In this document: piece by piece, positions 18,487 through 26,656 of the stretch
Layout: every line of letters starts with the position of its first letter
How positions within the stretch are numbered: the first letter of the stretch is position 1
From: Acidobacteriota bacterium
Lineage (GTDB): Bacteria; Acidobacteriota; Blastocatellia; Pyrinomonadales; Pyrinomonadaceae
Direction of reading: 5' to 3'
DNA length: 37,483 nt
NCBI GenBank assembly: GCA_020201365.1
Contig: JAIVGV010000277.1
Location: 1 to 37,483 of the forward strand
The notes under the pieces: generated by a model
Told to the model about the DNA's origin: nothing
What the model saw: the letters and a program-made list of their open reading frames with translations, nothing else
Database searches by the model: none
Program-made: the position numbers and the translations under genes

Positions 18487-20295
18487 ATGTGCGGGATTAG
18501 TGGCATCGCATTTTCGAGCCGGTCCGGGCGCAGCGTGGACGCCGCGGTGCTGCGGCGCATGTGCGACTCGATCCGCCACCGCGGTCCCGACGACGAGGGC
18601 TACTTCGTCCGAGGCGCGGTCGGTCTCGGCATGCGCCGCCTCTCCATCGTTGACGTGGCGGGCGGTCACCAGCCGATGACGAACGAGGACGGCACCGCCC
18701 GCATCGTCTATAACGGCGAAATCTACAACCACGCCGACTACCGCGAAGAACTCGAAGCGCGCGGGCACACGTACCGGACGCACTGCGACACCGAGACGAT
18801 CCTGCACCTCTACGAGGAGCACGGCGCGGGCGTCGTCGGGCGACTGCGCGGCATGTTCGCCTTCGCGATCTGGGACGAGCGGAAACGCGAGTTGTTCGTC
18901 GCGCGCGACCGCCTCGGCGTCAAGCCCCTGTACTACGTCCACGACGCGGCGGGCTCGCTCTTCTTCGGCTCGGAGATCAAGACGCTCCTCGAAGCCTCCG
19001 CCGTCAAGCCCTCGATCAACTTCGCCGCGCTGCCCGACTATCTCGCCAACCACGCGCCTTCGGGGGAAGAGACACTGTTCGCCGGCGTCAAGCGGCTGCT
19101 GCCCGGTCACACGCTCGTGTGGCGCGACGGCGAGATCAGGATCGAGAAATACTGGGACGTTCATTTCGCGCCGTCGCCGGAAGACGCTAACGGCGGGCGA
19201 CGAAAGAGCGACGAAGAGTACGTCGCCGAGTGGTCTGATCTGTTCCGCACGTCCGTGCGGCTGCGTCTGATGGCTGACGTGCCGCTCGGCATGTTCCTCT
19301 CCGGCGGCATCGACTCTTCGGCAATCGCCGCGACGATGAGCCGGATGGTCGCGGCGCCCGTCAAGACCTTCTCGGTCGCCTTCGCCGAGCGCGAGGCGAA
19401 CGAGTTGAGTTACGCGCGAATCGTCGCGCGCGCCTTCAAGACGGATCACCACGAGGTCGTCGTCTCGCCCGAAGACTTCTGGGGCGCGCTCCCCCAACTC
19501 ATCTGGCACGAGGACGAGCCGCTCGCGCATCCGAGCAGCGTCGCGCTCTACTTCGTCTCGCTGCTCGCCTCGCGCCACGTCAAAGTCGTCTTGACGGGCG
19601 AGGGCTCGGACGAGATGCTCGCGGGCTACGACCGTTACCGCAAGACGGTCTTCAACCTCGCGCTCGGCGCGCGCTACCACGCGGGCGTCCCCGTCTCCGT
19701 GCGGGGCGCCGTCGCGCGCACGGTCGCGCGTCTGCCCGCGTCGCGCGCGAAGCACAAGCTGCGCCGCACGTTCCTCGCGCTCACGCCCGACATCGAGACG
19801 ATCTACTTCGATAACTTCTCCGTCTTCTCGCGCGCGAGGCAGCGCGAACTGCTGACGCCCGAGGCGCGCGCGCGCACCGGCGCGGCGAACCCTTACGCGG
19901 AGGTGACGCGCTGCCTCGCCGAGACCGACGCCGAGACCCTGCTCGGGCGCTTGCTCTACGCCGACATCAAAACTTATCTGCACGAGCTGCTGATGAAGCA
20001 GGATCAGATGAGCATGGCGGCGTCGGTCGAGAGCCGCGTGCCGTTCCTCGATCACAAGCTCGTCGAGTACACGGCGCGCCTGCCCGAACGCCTGAAGCTG
20101 CGCGGGTGGACGACGAAATATATTTTGCGACGGAGCATGAAAGACTTTCTGCCCGAAGCGATCCTGCGGCGGCGCAAGATGGGCTTCCCCGTGCCCGTCG
20201 GCGCGTGGCTGCGCGGCGCGCACACCGGCGTGCTCGACGAGTACGTGCTCGGCGAACGCGCGCGCGCGCGGGGCTTGTTCGACGAGTCGTTCTGA
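18487..20295 (+). CDS. Asparagine synthase family glutamine amidotransferase, paralog 2
   Basis: MCGISGIAF, RGPDDEG, RRLSIVDVAGGHQPM, YNGEIYNH, PP-loop FLSGGIDSS. Confidence 0.9.
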   Translation: MCGISGIAFSSRSGRSVDAAVLRRMCDSIRHRGPDDEGYFVRGAVGLGMRRLSIVDVAGGHQPMTNEDGTARIVYNGEIYNHADYREELEARGHTYRTHCDTETILHLYEEHGAGVVGRLRGMFAFAIWDERKRELFVARDRLGVKPLYYVHDAAGSLFFGSEIKTLLEASAVKPSINFAALPDYLANHAPSGEETLFAGVKRLLPGHTLVWRDGEIRIEKYWDVHFAPSPEDANGGRRKSDEEYVAEWSDLFRTSVRLRLMADVPLGMFLSGGIDSSAIAATMSRMVAAPVKTFSVAFAEREANELSYARIVARAFKTDHHEVVVSPEDFWGALPQLIWHEDEPLAHPSSVALYFVSLLASRHVKVVLTGEGSDEMLAGYDRYRKTVFNLALGARYHAGVPVSVRGAVARTVARLPASRAKHKLRRTFLALTPDIETIYFDNFSVFSRARQRELLTPEARARTGAANPYAEVTRCLAETDAETLLGRLLYADIKTYLHELLMKQDQMSMAASVESRVPFLDHKLVEYTARLPERLKLRGWTTKYILRRSMKDFLPEAILRRRKMGFPVPVGAWLRGAHTGVLDEYVLGERARARGLFDESF

Positions 20296-20351
20296 CGACG
20301 GACGCGGCGTGCGCTCGTCGTGCGGCTGAATGAATCGGGTTTGAAGTGTCC

Positions 20352-21635
20352 ATGAAAATTCTGTGGGTCAAAGCAGGGAAGCTTCTTCCCGTTGATACGG
20401 GCGGCAAAATCCGCTCGTACAATTTGCTCCGCCAGCTCGCCGCGCGCCACGAGGTCACGCTGCTCACCTACCACGGCGGCGCGCGCGACGAAACTTACGA
20501 GCGCGAGATCGCCGAGCGCCTGCCCGGAGCCGAGGCGATCCACACCGCCGCGCCCGCCTCGACCTTCGCGCAGGCGCTCGACTACCTGCGGCGGCTCCCC
20601 GCGCGCGCGCCTTACGCCGTCGCGAAGTTCACCTCGCCGCGCGTCGCGCGCCGCGTCGGCGAGTTGCTCGACGCGCAGAGCTTCGACGCGGCCGTGTGCG
20701 ACTTCCTCTCCGCCTCGCTCAACTTCCCGCGCGAGCTGCGGACGCCGACCGCGCTCTTCCAGCACAACGTCGAATCCGCCTTGTGGCGCAGGCAGGCACG
20801 GCACGAGCCGCACCCGCTCAGGCGCGCGGCGTTCGAGATCGAGGCGGCGAAGATGTCTGCTTACGAGCGCGCGGCGGTCGCGCGCTTCCACCACGTCGTC
20901 GCCGTCTCCGAGCACGACCGCGCGCTCATGTCCGAGATGACAGACCCGTCGCGCATCACCGTCGTGCCCACGGGCGTTGACCTCGCGCAGTACCGCGCGA
21001 CTGACGCGGGCGAGGCGGCACGCGGCGATGCGGAGCAGCAGCCGCTCGTACTCTTCCTCGGCTCGATGGACTGGGAGGCGAACGTGGACGGCGTCGAGTG
21101 GTTCGTCCGCGAAGTCTGGGCTCAAATCTCGTCGGCGATTCCGGGCGCGCGCTTCCGCGTCGTCGGTCGCGATCCCGCGCCGCGCGTGCGCCGTCTCGCG
21201 TCCGCGTCGGTCGAGATCACGGGCACGGTGCCGTCGGTCGTCGAACACTTGCGCGAGGCGACCGTCTTCGTCGTGCCGCTCAGGGTCGGCGGCGGCACGC
21301 GCCTTAAAATCTTCGAGGCGATGGCGGCGGGCAAGGCTGTCGTCTCGACGACGGTCGGCGCGGAGGGCTTGGACGTGACCGACGGGCGCGACGTGATACT
21401 CGCCGACGACGCGCGCGCGTTCGCCGACTCTGTTGTCGGCTTGCTGCGCGACGGCGCGCGACGGCGCGAGTTCGAGCAAGCGGCGTCCGCGCTCGCCGCG
21501 CGCCACGACTGGTCCGCGGTCGTGCGCCGCTTCGAGGACGCGCTCGAAAGCGCGATCAGTTTTGCCTCGCAGGCGCGCGCGGGCGGCGAAGAAGAGAACA
21601 ACGAAGGGGCGGCGAGGTTGACCGCGAGAGTCTGA
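20352..21635 (+). CDS. GT4-type sugar transferase resembling the PEP-CTERM/EpsH1-associated sugar transferase family
   Basis: The N-terminus MKILWVKAGKLLPVDTGGKIRSYNLLRQLAARHEVTLL matches the characteristic ...GDKIRSYHLLRHLA... start of that family, as recalled. C-terminal GGGTRLKIFEAMAAGKAVVST. Confidence 0.75.
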   Translation: MKILWVKAGKLLPVDTGGKIRSYNLLRQLAARHEVTLLTYHGGARDETYEREIAERLPGAEAIHTAAPASTFAQALDYLRRLPARAPYAVAKFTSPRVARRVGELLDAQSFDAAVCDFLSASLNFPRELRTPTALFQHNVESALWRRQARHEPHPLRRAAFEIEAAKMSAYERAAVARFHHVVAVSEHDRALMSEMTDPSRITVVPTGVDLAQYRATDAGEAARGDAEQQPLVLFLGSMDWEANVDGVEWFVREVWAQISSAIPGARFRVVGRDPAPRVRRLASASVEITGTVPSVVEHLREATVFVVPLRVGGGTRLKIFEAMAAGKAVVSTTVGAEGLDVTDGRDVILADDARAFADSVVGLLRDGARRREFEQAASALAARHDWSAVVRRFEDALESAISFASQARAGGEEENNEGAARLTARV

Positions 21636-21654
21636 CGATGATGTTGAAAGTGCG

Positions 21655-22914
21655 ATGAGAGTTCTGGTCTTAGACGGCAACGAGAATCAGGCGGTCGCGT
21701 GCGTGCGTTCGCTCGCGCGCGCGGGGCACGCCGTCTCGGTCGGCGCGGACACCGGCTGGTCGAAAGCCGGTTGGTCGCGCCGTTGCCGCGAGACCTTCGT
21801 CTATCCCGCGCCGCAGCAAGACGCAGCGGCGTTCGTCGCGCGCGTTGCCGAAGAAGCCGCGCGCGCTTCCGGCACGCTCGTGCTGCCGCTCACGGAGCGC
21901 ACGACGCTGCCGCTCTCGGCGGCGCGCGCGCAAGTTCTCGAAGCGGGCGGTCGCATGGTCTTGCCGCCGCACGAGACGGTCTTGCGCGCCTTCGACAAGG
22001 AGCAGACCACGCGACTCGCAGCCTCGCTCGGCGTCGCCGTCCCGCGCACCGAGTTGATCGCGGACGGGGCGCAGGCGCGCGCCGCCGCCGCGTCGCTTCC
22101 CTTCCCGGTCGTGCTCAAGCCGCGCTCGTCCGAAGAAGTCTCCGCGGACGGAAAAGTGACCGCGACGGGCGCGCCCCTGTACGCGCGCGACGCGCGGGAG
22201 TTCCTGTCGGCTTACGCCGAAGTTTCAAGACGCGCGCGCGCGGTGCTCGCGCAGGAGTTCGTCGCGGGCGAGGGCGCGGGCTACTTCGCGCTGATGCGCG
22301 GGGGCGAGTTGCGCGCCGAGTTCGCGCACCGGCGCTTGCGCGACGTGCGACCGACGGGCTCGGGCAGCGCTGTGCGCGTCTCGGTCGAGCCGGACGCGCG
22401 CGTGCGCGAGGCGGCGCTCGCGATCCTCGGCGCGCTCGGTTGGCACGGCGTGGCGATGGTCGAGTTCCGCGTGCGCGCCGACGGCGTGCCGGTCTTCCTC
22501 GAAGTCAACGGTCGCTTCTGGAACTCGCTCGCGCTCGCGGTTTATGCTGGCGTTGACTTCCCCGCGCTCGTCGCGGAGATGGCGGAGCGCGGCGACGTGA
22601 GGCGCGTCGGCGGCTACCGCGCGGGCGTCCGCTGCCGCTGGCTGCTCGGTGACGCGCGCCACGCGGCGGAAGTCTTGCGCGGCGCGCCGCGCGGCTACCC
22701 CGTCGCGTTCCCGTCGCGGCTGCGAACATTAGTCAACTTATTCGTCCCAGTGCGCGGCACGTTTCACGACAACTTCGCGTCGGACGATCCGCTGCCCGAA
22801 CTCGGCGACTGGGTTGATTTCCTTTTCAGACGACTGCCCGCGGGCGCGCGACGCAAGCGACGCGACGCCGGGCGCGAAGGGCTCGATGCTCAGGGGAGTT
22901 ATTCACGCACATAG
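21655..22914 (+). CDS. ATP-grasp domain protein (COG3919-like predicted carboxylate-amine ligase)
   Basis: MRVLVLDGNENQAVACVRSLARAGH N-terminus, FPVVLKPRSS, QEFVAGEGAGYF, GVAMVEFR...FLEVNGRFWNSL. Confidence 0.7.
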   Translation: MRVLVLDGNENQAVACVRSLARAGHAVSVGADTGWSKAGWSRRCRETFVYPAPQQDAAAFVARVAEEAARASGTLVLPLTERTTLPLSAARAQVLEAGGRMVLPPHETVLRAFDKEQTTRLAASLGVAVPRTELIADGAQARAAAASLPFPVVLKPRSSEEVSADGKVTATGAPLYARDAREFLSAYAEVSRRARAVLAQEFVAGEGAGYFALMRGGELRAEFAHRRLRDVRPTGSGSAVRVSVEPDARVREAALAILGALGWHGVAMVEFRVRADGVPVFLEVNGRFWNSLALAVYAGVDFPALVAEMAERGDVRRVGGYRAGVRCRWLLGDARHAAEVLRGAPRGYPVAFPSRLRTLVNLFVPVRGTFHDNFASDDPLPELGDWVDFLFRRLPAGARRKRRDAGREGLDAQGSYSRT

Positions 22915-23683
22915 CACGTACTCGGACGGCGAGTACACGCTTGCGGAGCTGCGCGCGGCGCTCGTCGCCGCCGGGTGCCGCTTCGCCTGCATGACCGACC
23001 ACGCCGAATATTTCGACGCGGCGCGGCTCGCGACCTACGTCGCCGAGTGCGAGTCGCTCTCCGACGGAGAGTTTCGCTTCGTCGCCGGGCTCGAATACGA
23101 GTGCGAGCGCAGGATGCACGTGCTCGGCTACGGCGTCGCGACGCTCGCGGGGACTGTGAACCCGCAAGAGGTCATCGCGCACGTCGCGCGCGAGGGCGGC
23201 GTCTCGGTCATCGCGCACCCGGCGGACTCCATGTTCGAGTGGATCGAAAAGTTCGAGACACTGCCGCGCGGGATCGAAACTTGGAACACGAAGTACGACG
23301 GACAGCACGCGCCGCGACCGCGCACGTTCCGGCTGCTGCAAAGACTTCAGCAGCGCGATCCGGCGATGCTCGCCTACTACGGACAAGACTTACATTGGAA
23401 GAGACAGCCGCGCGTCCTCTTCAACGAGATCGACTCGGACTCGAACTCGCGCGGCGCCGTGATGTCCGCGCTCGCGCGCGGCGCGTACCGCGGGATCAAA
23501 GACGGGCGCGCGCTGCCTTCGTCCGGCGCGTTGCCGGACGATCTGCTCGCGAGCTTCGGCGCGGTGAGCGACCGCTACCTGCGCCGCCAGCGGCTCTTCC
23601 GGCGCGGCAAGAAGATGGCGGGGCGGCTCGGCAAGGGCTTGCCCGCGCCGATCAAGTCGCGCATCAGGAGGCTCTTCTCGTGA
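22886..23683 (+). CDS. PHP-domain metal-dependent phosphoesterase
   Basis: GVIHAHSTYSDGEYTLAEL (H-x-H...SDG), ACMTDHAEY, VIAHP. Start set at ATG 22886, a 29-nt overlap with the ATP-grasp gene. Confidence 0.7.
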   Translation: MLRGVIHAHSTYSDGEYTLAELRAALVAAGCRFACMTDHAEYFDAARLATYVAECESLSDGEFRFVAGLEYECERRMHVLGYGVATLAGTVNPQEVIAHVAREGGVSVIAHPADSMFEWIEKFETLPRGIETWNTKYDGQHAPRPRTFRLLQRLQQRDPAMLAYYGQDLHWKRQPRVLFNEIDSDSNSRGAVMSALARGAYRGIKDGRALPSSGALPDDLLASFGAVSDRYLRRQRLFRRGKKMAGRLGKGLPAPIKSRIRRLFS

Positions 23684-24525
23684 CGGCGGGCACAGTCTTT
23701 CTCATGTACCACGAGCTCGAGCGCGCGCCGCGACCGCTCGTCTCCGACGCGCCCGGCTACGTCCGCTACGCGCTCGCCGAGGCAGACTTCCGCGCGCACG
23801 TCGCCGCGCTCGGGGAGAACGGAATGCGCGGCGTGAGCGTCGGCGAGACGCTCGGCGCGGACGACGGAGACGATGTGGATCAAAGAGACGGCGCGACCGA
23901 AGGAGACGACGCACGCGAAGGGGACGACGTGCGCGAGGCGGGCTCGCGCGCGTGTCTCACGTTCGACGACGGTTGCGAGAGCGACTGCCTGTTCGCCGCG
24001 CCGATCTTGAAGGACGCGGGTTTCAACGCCACGTTCTACGTCGTCTCCGATTTCGTCGGTCGCCGCGGCCACCTCTCGGCGGCGCAACTGCGCGAGCTGT
24101 CGGACGCGGGCTTCGAGATCGGATCGCACTCGCGCACGCACCGCTACCTGGACGATCTCGACGGGGCGGGCTTGCGCGCCGAGATCGTCTGCTCGAAAGA
24201 GCGGCTCGAAGAGATCACGGGGCGGCGCGTCGAACACTTCTCGTGCCCCGGCGGTCGGCGCACGCGACGCGCCGCGGAGGTCGCGCGCGCGGCGGGCTAC
24301 CGCACGCTCGCGACGAGCAGCCCCGGCGTCAACGCGCGCGCGACCGATCCGTTCAACCTGCGTCGCGTCGCGGTGATGCGCGGGACGAGCGCGAAAGAGT
24401 TCTTGCGACTGTGCCGCGCCGAAGGGCTGCTGCGACTTCGCGCGCAGGAGGCGGTGCTCGCGGCGGCGAAGCGTGTGATGGGCAACGCGGTGTATGAGAA
24501 GATGCGCGGGGCTGTGCTGGGCTGA
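23680..24525 (+). CDS. Polysaccharide deacetylase (CE4 / NodB homology domain) with an acidic insertion
   Basis: TFDDGCESD (Asp-Asp motif) and GSHSRTHRYL (His motif). GTG 23680 overlaps the upstream TGA (GTGA); alternative start ATG 23704. The ORF-track N-terminus from 22975 is the out-of-frame shadow of the PHP gene. Confidence 0.75.
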   Translation: MTAGTVFLMYHELERAPRPLVSDAPGYVRYALAEADFRAHVAALGENGMRGVSVGETLGADDGDDVDQRDGATEGDDAREGDDVREAGSRACLTFDDGCESDCLFAAPILKDAGFNATFYVVSDFVGRRGHLSAAQLRELSDAGFEIGSHSRTHRYLDDLDGAGLRAEIVCSKERLEEITGRRVEHFSCPGGRRTRRAAEVARAAGYRTLATSSPGVNARATDPFNLRRVAVMRGTSAKEFLRLCRAEGLLRLRAQEAVLAAAKRVMGNAVYEKMRGAVLG

Positions 24526-24592
24526 AGCGTCGTTGCGATGAAGGGCTGCGCGCCGCATGCTTCGGGCAAGGCGCGCGTGCGAGAGGGGGCGG

Positions 24593-25906
24593 ATGAAGTT
24601 AAGCGTATTCGGACTGGGCTACGTCGGCTGCGTCTCGGCGGCGTGCTTCGCGCGCGAGGGGCACGACGTGACGGGCGTTGACGTGAACGCGACGAAGGTC
24701 GAGATCATCAACGCGGGGAAGAGCCCGATTGTCGAAGCCGGGATCGGCGAGCTGATCGGCGAGATGGTCGCGGGCGGCAAACTTCGCGCGACGACCGAGA
24801 CGCGCGGGGCGGTGCACTCGTCGGAGCTGTCGCTCGTCTGCGTCGGCACGCCTTCGAACGCGAACGGCTCGCTCGATCTCTCCTACGTCAAGCGCGTCTG
24901 CAAGGAGATCGGCGCGGCGTTGGAGACGAAGACCGCTCCGCACGTCGTCGTCATACGCAGCACGATGCTGCCGGGCACGATTGAGTCGGTCGTCGTGCCC
25001 GCGCTCGAAGTTTACTCGGGCAAGAAGGTTGGTGAAGGGATCGGCGTCTGCATCAACCCGGAGTTTTTGCGCGAGGGAACTTCGCTCAAGGACTTCTACG
25101 CGCCGCCGTTCACGCTGATCGGCGCGGACGACGAGGACGTTGCCGCTTCGGTGCGTCGTCTGTACAGCAAGATTGACGCGCCGCTCTACGTCACGTCCGT
25201 GAAGTCCGCCGAGATGGTGAAGTATGCGTGCAACTGTTTCCACGCGCTGAAAGTTTCGTTCGCGAACGAGATCGGGAACGTCTGCAAGGAGCTCGGGGTT
25301 GACAGCCACGAGGTGATGGAGGTCTTCTGCCGCGACACGAAGCTGAACCTGTCGCCTTACTACCTGAAGCCCGGCTTCGCGTTCGGCGGCTCGTGTCTGC
25401 CGAAGGACTTGCGCGCGTTGCAGTACAAGGCGAAGGAGTTGGACGTTGAAGTGCCCGTCTTGCGCGCCGCGCTCCAGAGCAACCGCTTGCAGGTCGAGCG
25501 CGCGGTCGAGATGGTCTTGCGGACGGGCAAGAAGCGCGTCGGGGTCTTGGGCTTCAGCTTCAAGGCGGGGACGGACGATCTGCGCGAGTCGCCGATGGTC
25601 GCCTTGATCGAGGCGCTCATCGGCAAGGGCTTGCAGCTCTCGATCTACGACCGCGACGTTTCGCTCGCGCGGCTCTTCGGCGCGAACAAGGAGTACATCG
25701 AGCGCGAGATTCCGCACATCTCGCAGTTGATGCGCGCGAGCGTCGAGGAGGTGTTGGAGTCGGCGGAGGTCGTCGTCGTCGGCAACAAGGCGGAGGAGTT
25801 CCGCGAGGTCGAGGGGAAGCTGCGAAGCGATCAGACTTTAATCGATCTCGTCCGCCTCTTCGAGACCAAACGGACGGGCGGCAACTACGAAGGCATCTGC
25901 TGGTGA
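24593..25906 (+). CDS. algD: GDP-mannose 6-dehydrogenase (AlgD-like nucleotide-sugar dehydrogenase)
   Basis: MKLSVFGLGYVGCVSAAC, INAGKSPIVE, VCVGTP, NPEFLREG, PGFAFGGSCLPKDLRAL (catalytic Cys), SFKAGTDDLRESP, GANKEYIEREIPH, and the C-terminal EGICW. Collinear with Pseudomonas AlgD as I recall it. RBS GAGAGGGGG before ATG 24593. Confidence 0.8.
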   Translation: MKLSVFGLGYVGCVSAACFAREGHDVTGVDVNATKVEIINAGKSPIVEAGIGELIGEMVAGGKLRATTETRGAVHSSELSLVCVGTPSNANGSLDLSYVKRVCKEIGAALETKTAPHVVVIRSTMLPGTIESVVVPALEVYSGKKVGEGIGVCINPEFLREGTSLKDFYAPPFTLIGADDEDVAASVRRLYSKIDAPLYVTSVKSAEMVKYACNCFHALKVSFANEIGNVCKELGVDSHEVMEVFCRDTKLNLSPYYLKPGFAFGGSCLPKDLRALQYKAKELDVEVPVLRAALQSNRLQVERAVEMVLRTGKKRVGVLGFSFKAGTDDLRESPMVALIEALIGKGLQLSIYDRDVSLARLFGANKEYIEREIPHISQLMRASVEEVLESAEVVVVGNKAEEFREVEGKLRSDQTLIDLVRLFETKRTGGNYEGICW

Positions 25907-25908
25907 AG

Positions 25909-25927
25909 CGACGTTTGCGAAACGTCG
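25909..25927 (+). terminator. Short perfect hairpin just after the algD stop (CGACGTTT-GCG-AAACGTCG); no U-tract
   Basis: 8-bp stem read directly, 3 nt after TGA 25904-25906. Confidence 0.3.
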
Positions 25928-25934
25928 GCGGCGC

Positions 25935-25991
25935 GAATGCGGAGTGCGGACGTGACGATTGCGGAATGCGGATTTCGGATTGCGGATCGGA
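25935..25991 (+). repeat. Direct tandem array of about 8 degenerate heptads GA(A/T/G)T(G/T)CG
   Basis: gaatgcg gagtgcg gacgtga cgattgcg gaatgcg gatttcg gattgcg gatcgga. A period of 7 is incompatible with coding. No inverted partner nearby. Confidence 0.6.
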
Positions 25992-26018
25992 GACGAGGGC
26001 GAGAGGCGGGAAGGCGAC

Positions 26019-26648
26019 GTGCGTCGCGGCGCGAGGCGCAAGTTCGTGCGCGCCGTGCGGGTCGCTCTCGTCGCTCTCGTCGCGTGGTCGCTCGTCGCGT
26101 GGGCGGCGGCGCGCGCGCTCGTCGTCTCGCCCGATCTCGGTCGCGCGGACGCGGTGGCGGTGATGGCTGGATCGGCGGCTTACCTTGAGCGCACGCACCA
26201 CGCCGCCGAGATTTATCGGGAGGGGCGCGCGGCGCGCGTGCTCTTGACGAACGACGGAGAGCTCGGCGGCTGGTCGAGCGCGGAGCAGCGCAACGTGCCG
26301 TTCGTCGAGATCGCGGCGAGGGAGTTGCAGGGGCGCGGCGTGCCCGCCGCGTCCGTCGAGTTCGTGCCGGGCTACGCGCTCGGCACTTACAGCGAGGCGC
26401 AGCTTCTGCGACGCGACGCCGAGTCGCGCGGCTTGCGCTCGCTCATCGTCGTCACTTCCGGCTACCACTCGCGGCGCGCTCTCTGGGCTTTGCAAAAGGC
26501 GTTCGCCGGAAGCGGCGTCGCGGTCGGCGTGGACGCCGCGCCGGGCGAAGAGTCGCCCGCGCCGTACCTGTGGTGGCTCACCGCGCGCGGCTGGCGCGAG
26601 GTCGCGGGCGAGTACGCGAAGCTCGTTTACTACCGCGCGCACTACTGA
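26019..26648 (+). CDS. DUF218 / YdcF-ElyC-like membrane-anchored protein
   Basis: N-terminal TM segment (VALVALVAWSLVAWAAA), then DAVAVMAGS...LLTNDG...VVTSGYHSRRALW, typical of DUF218. GTG 26019 is preceded by GGGAAGG. The ORF-track TTG 25959 lies inside the heptad array. Confidence 0.65.
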   Translation: MRRGARRKFVRAVRVALVALVAWSLVAWAAARALVVSPDLGRADAVAVMAGSAAYLERTHHAAEIYREGRAARVLLTNDGELGGWSSAEQRNVPFVEIAARELQGRGVPAASVEFVPGYALGTYSEAQLLRRDAESRGLRSLIVVTSGYHSRRALWALQKAFAGSGVAVGVDAAPGEESPAPYLWWLTARGWREVAGEYAKLVYYRAHY

Positions 26649-26656
26649 GCGAAAAT

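Noticed and set aside
25935-25991. Possibility that the short direct repeats (here and at 36294-36316) represent a CRISPR array.
   Set aside because: The units are 7 nt, contiguous and without spacers. CRISPR repeats are 23-50 nt separated by unique spacers of similar length, and no cas genes are present.
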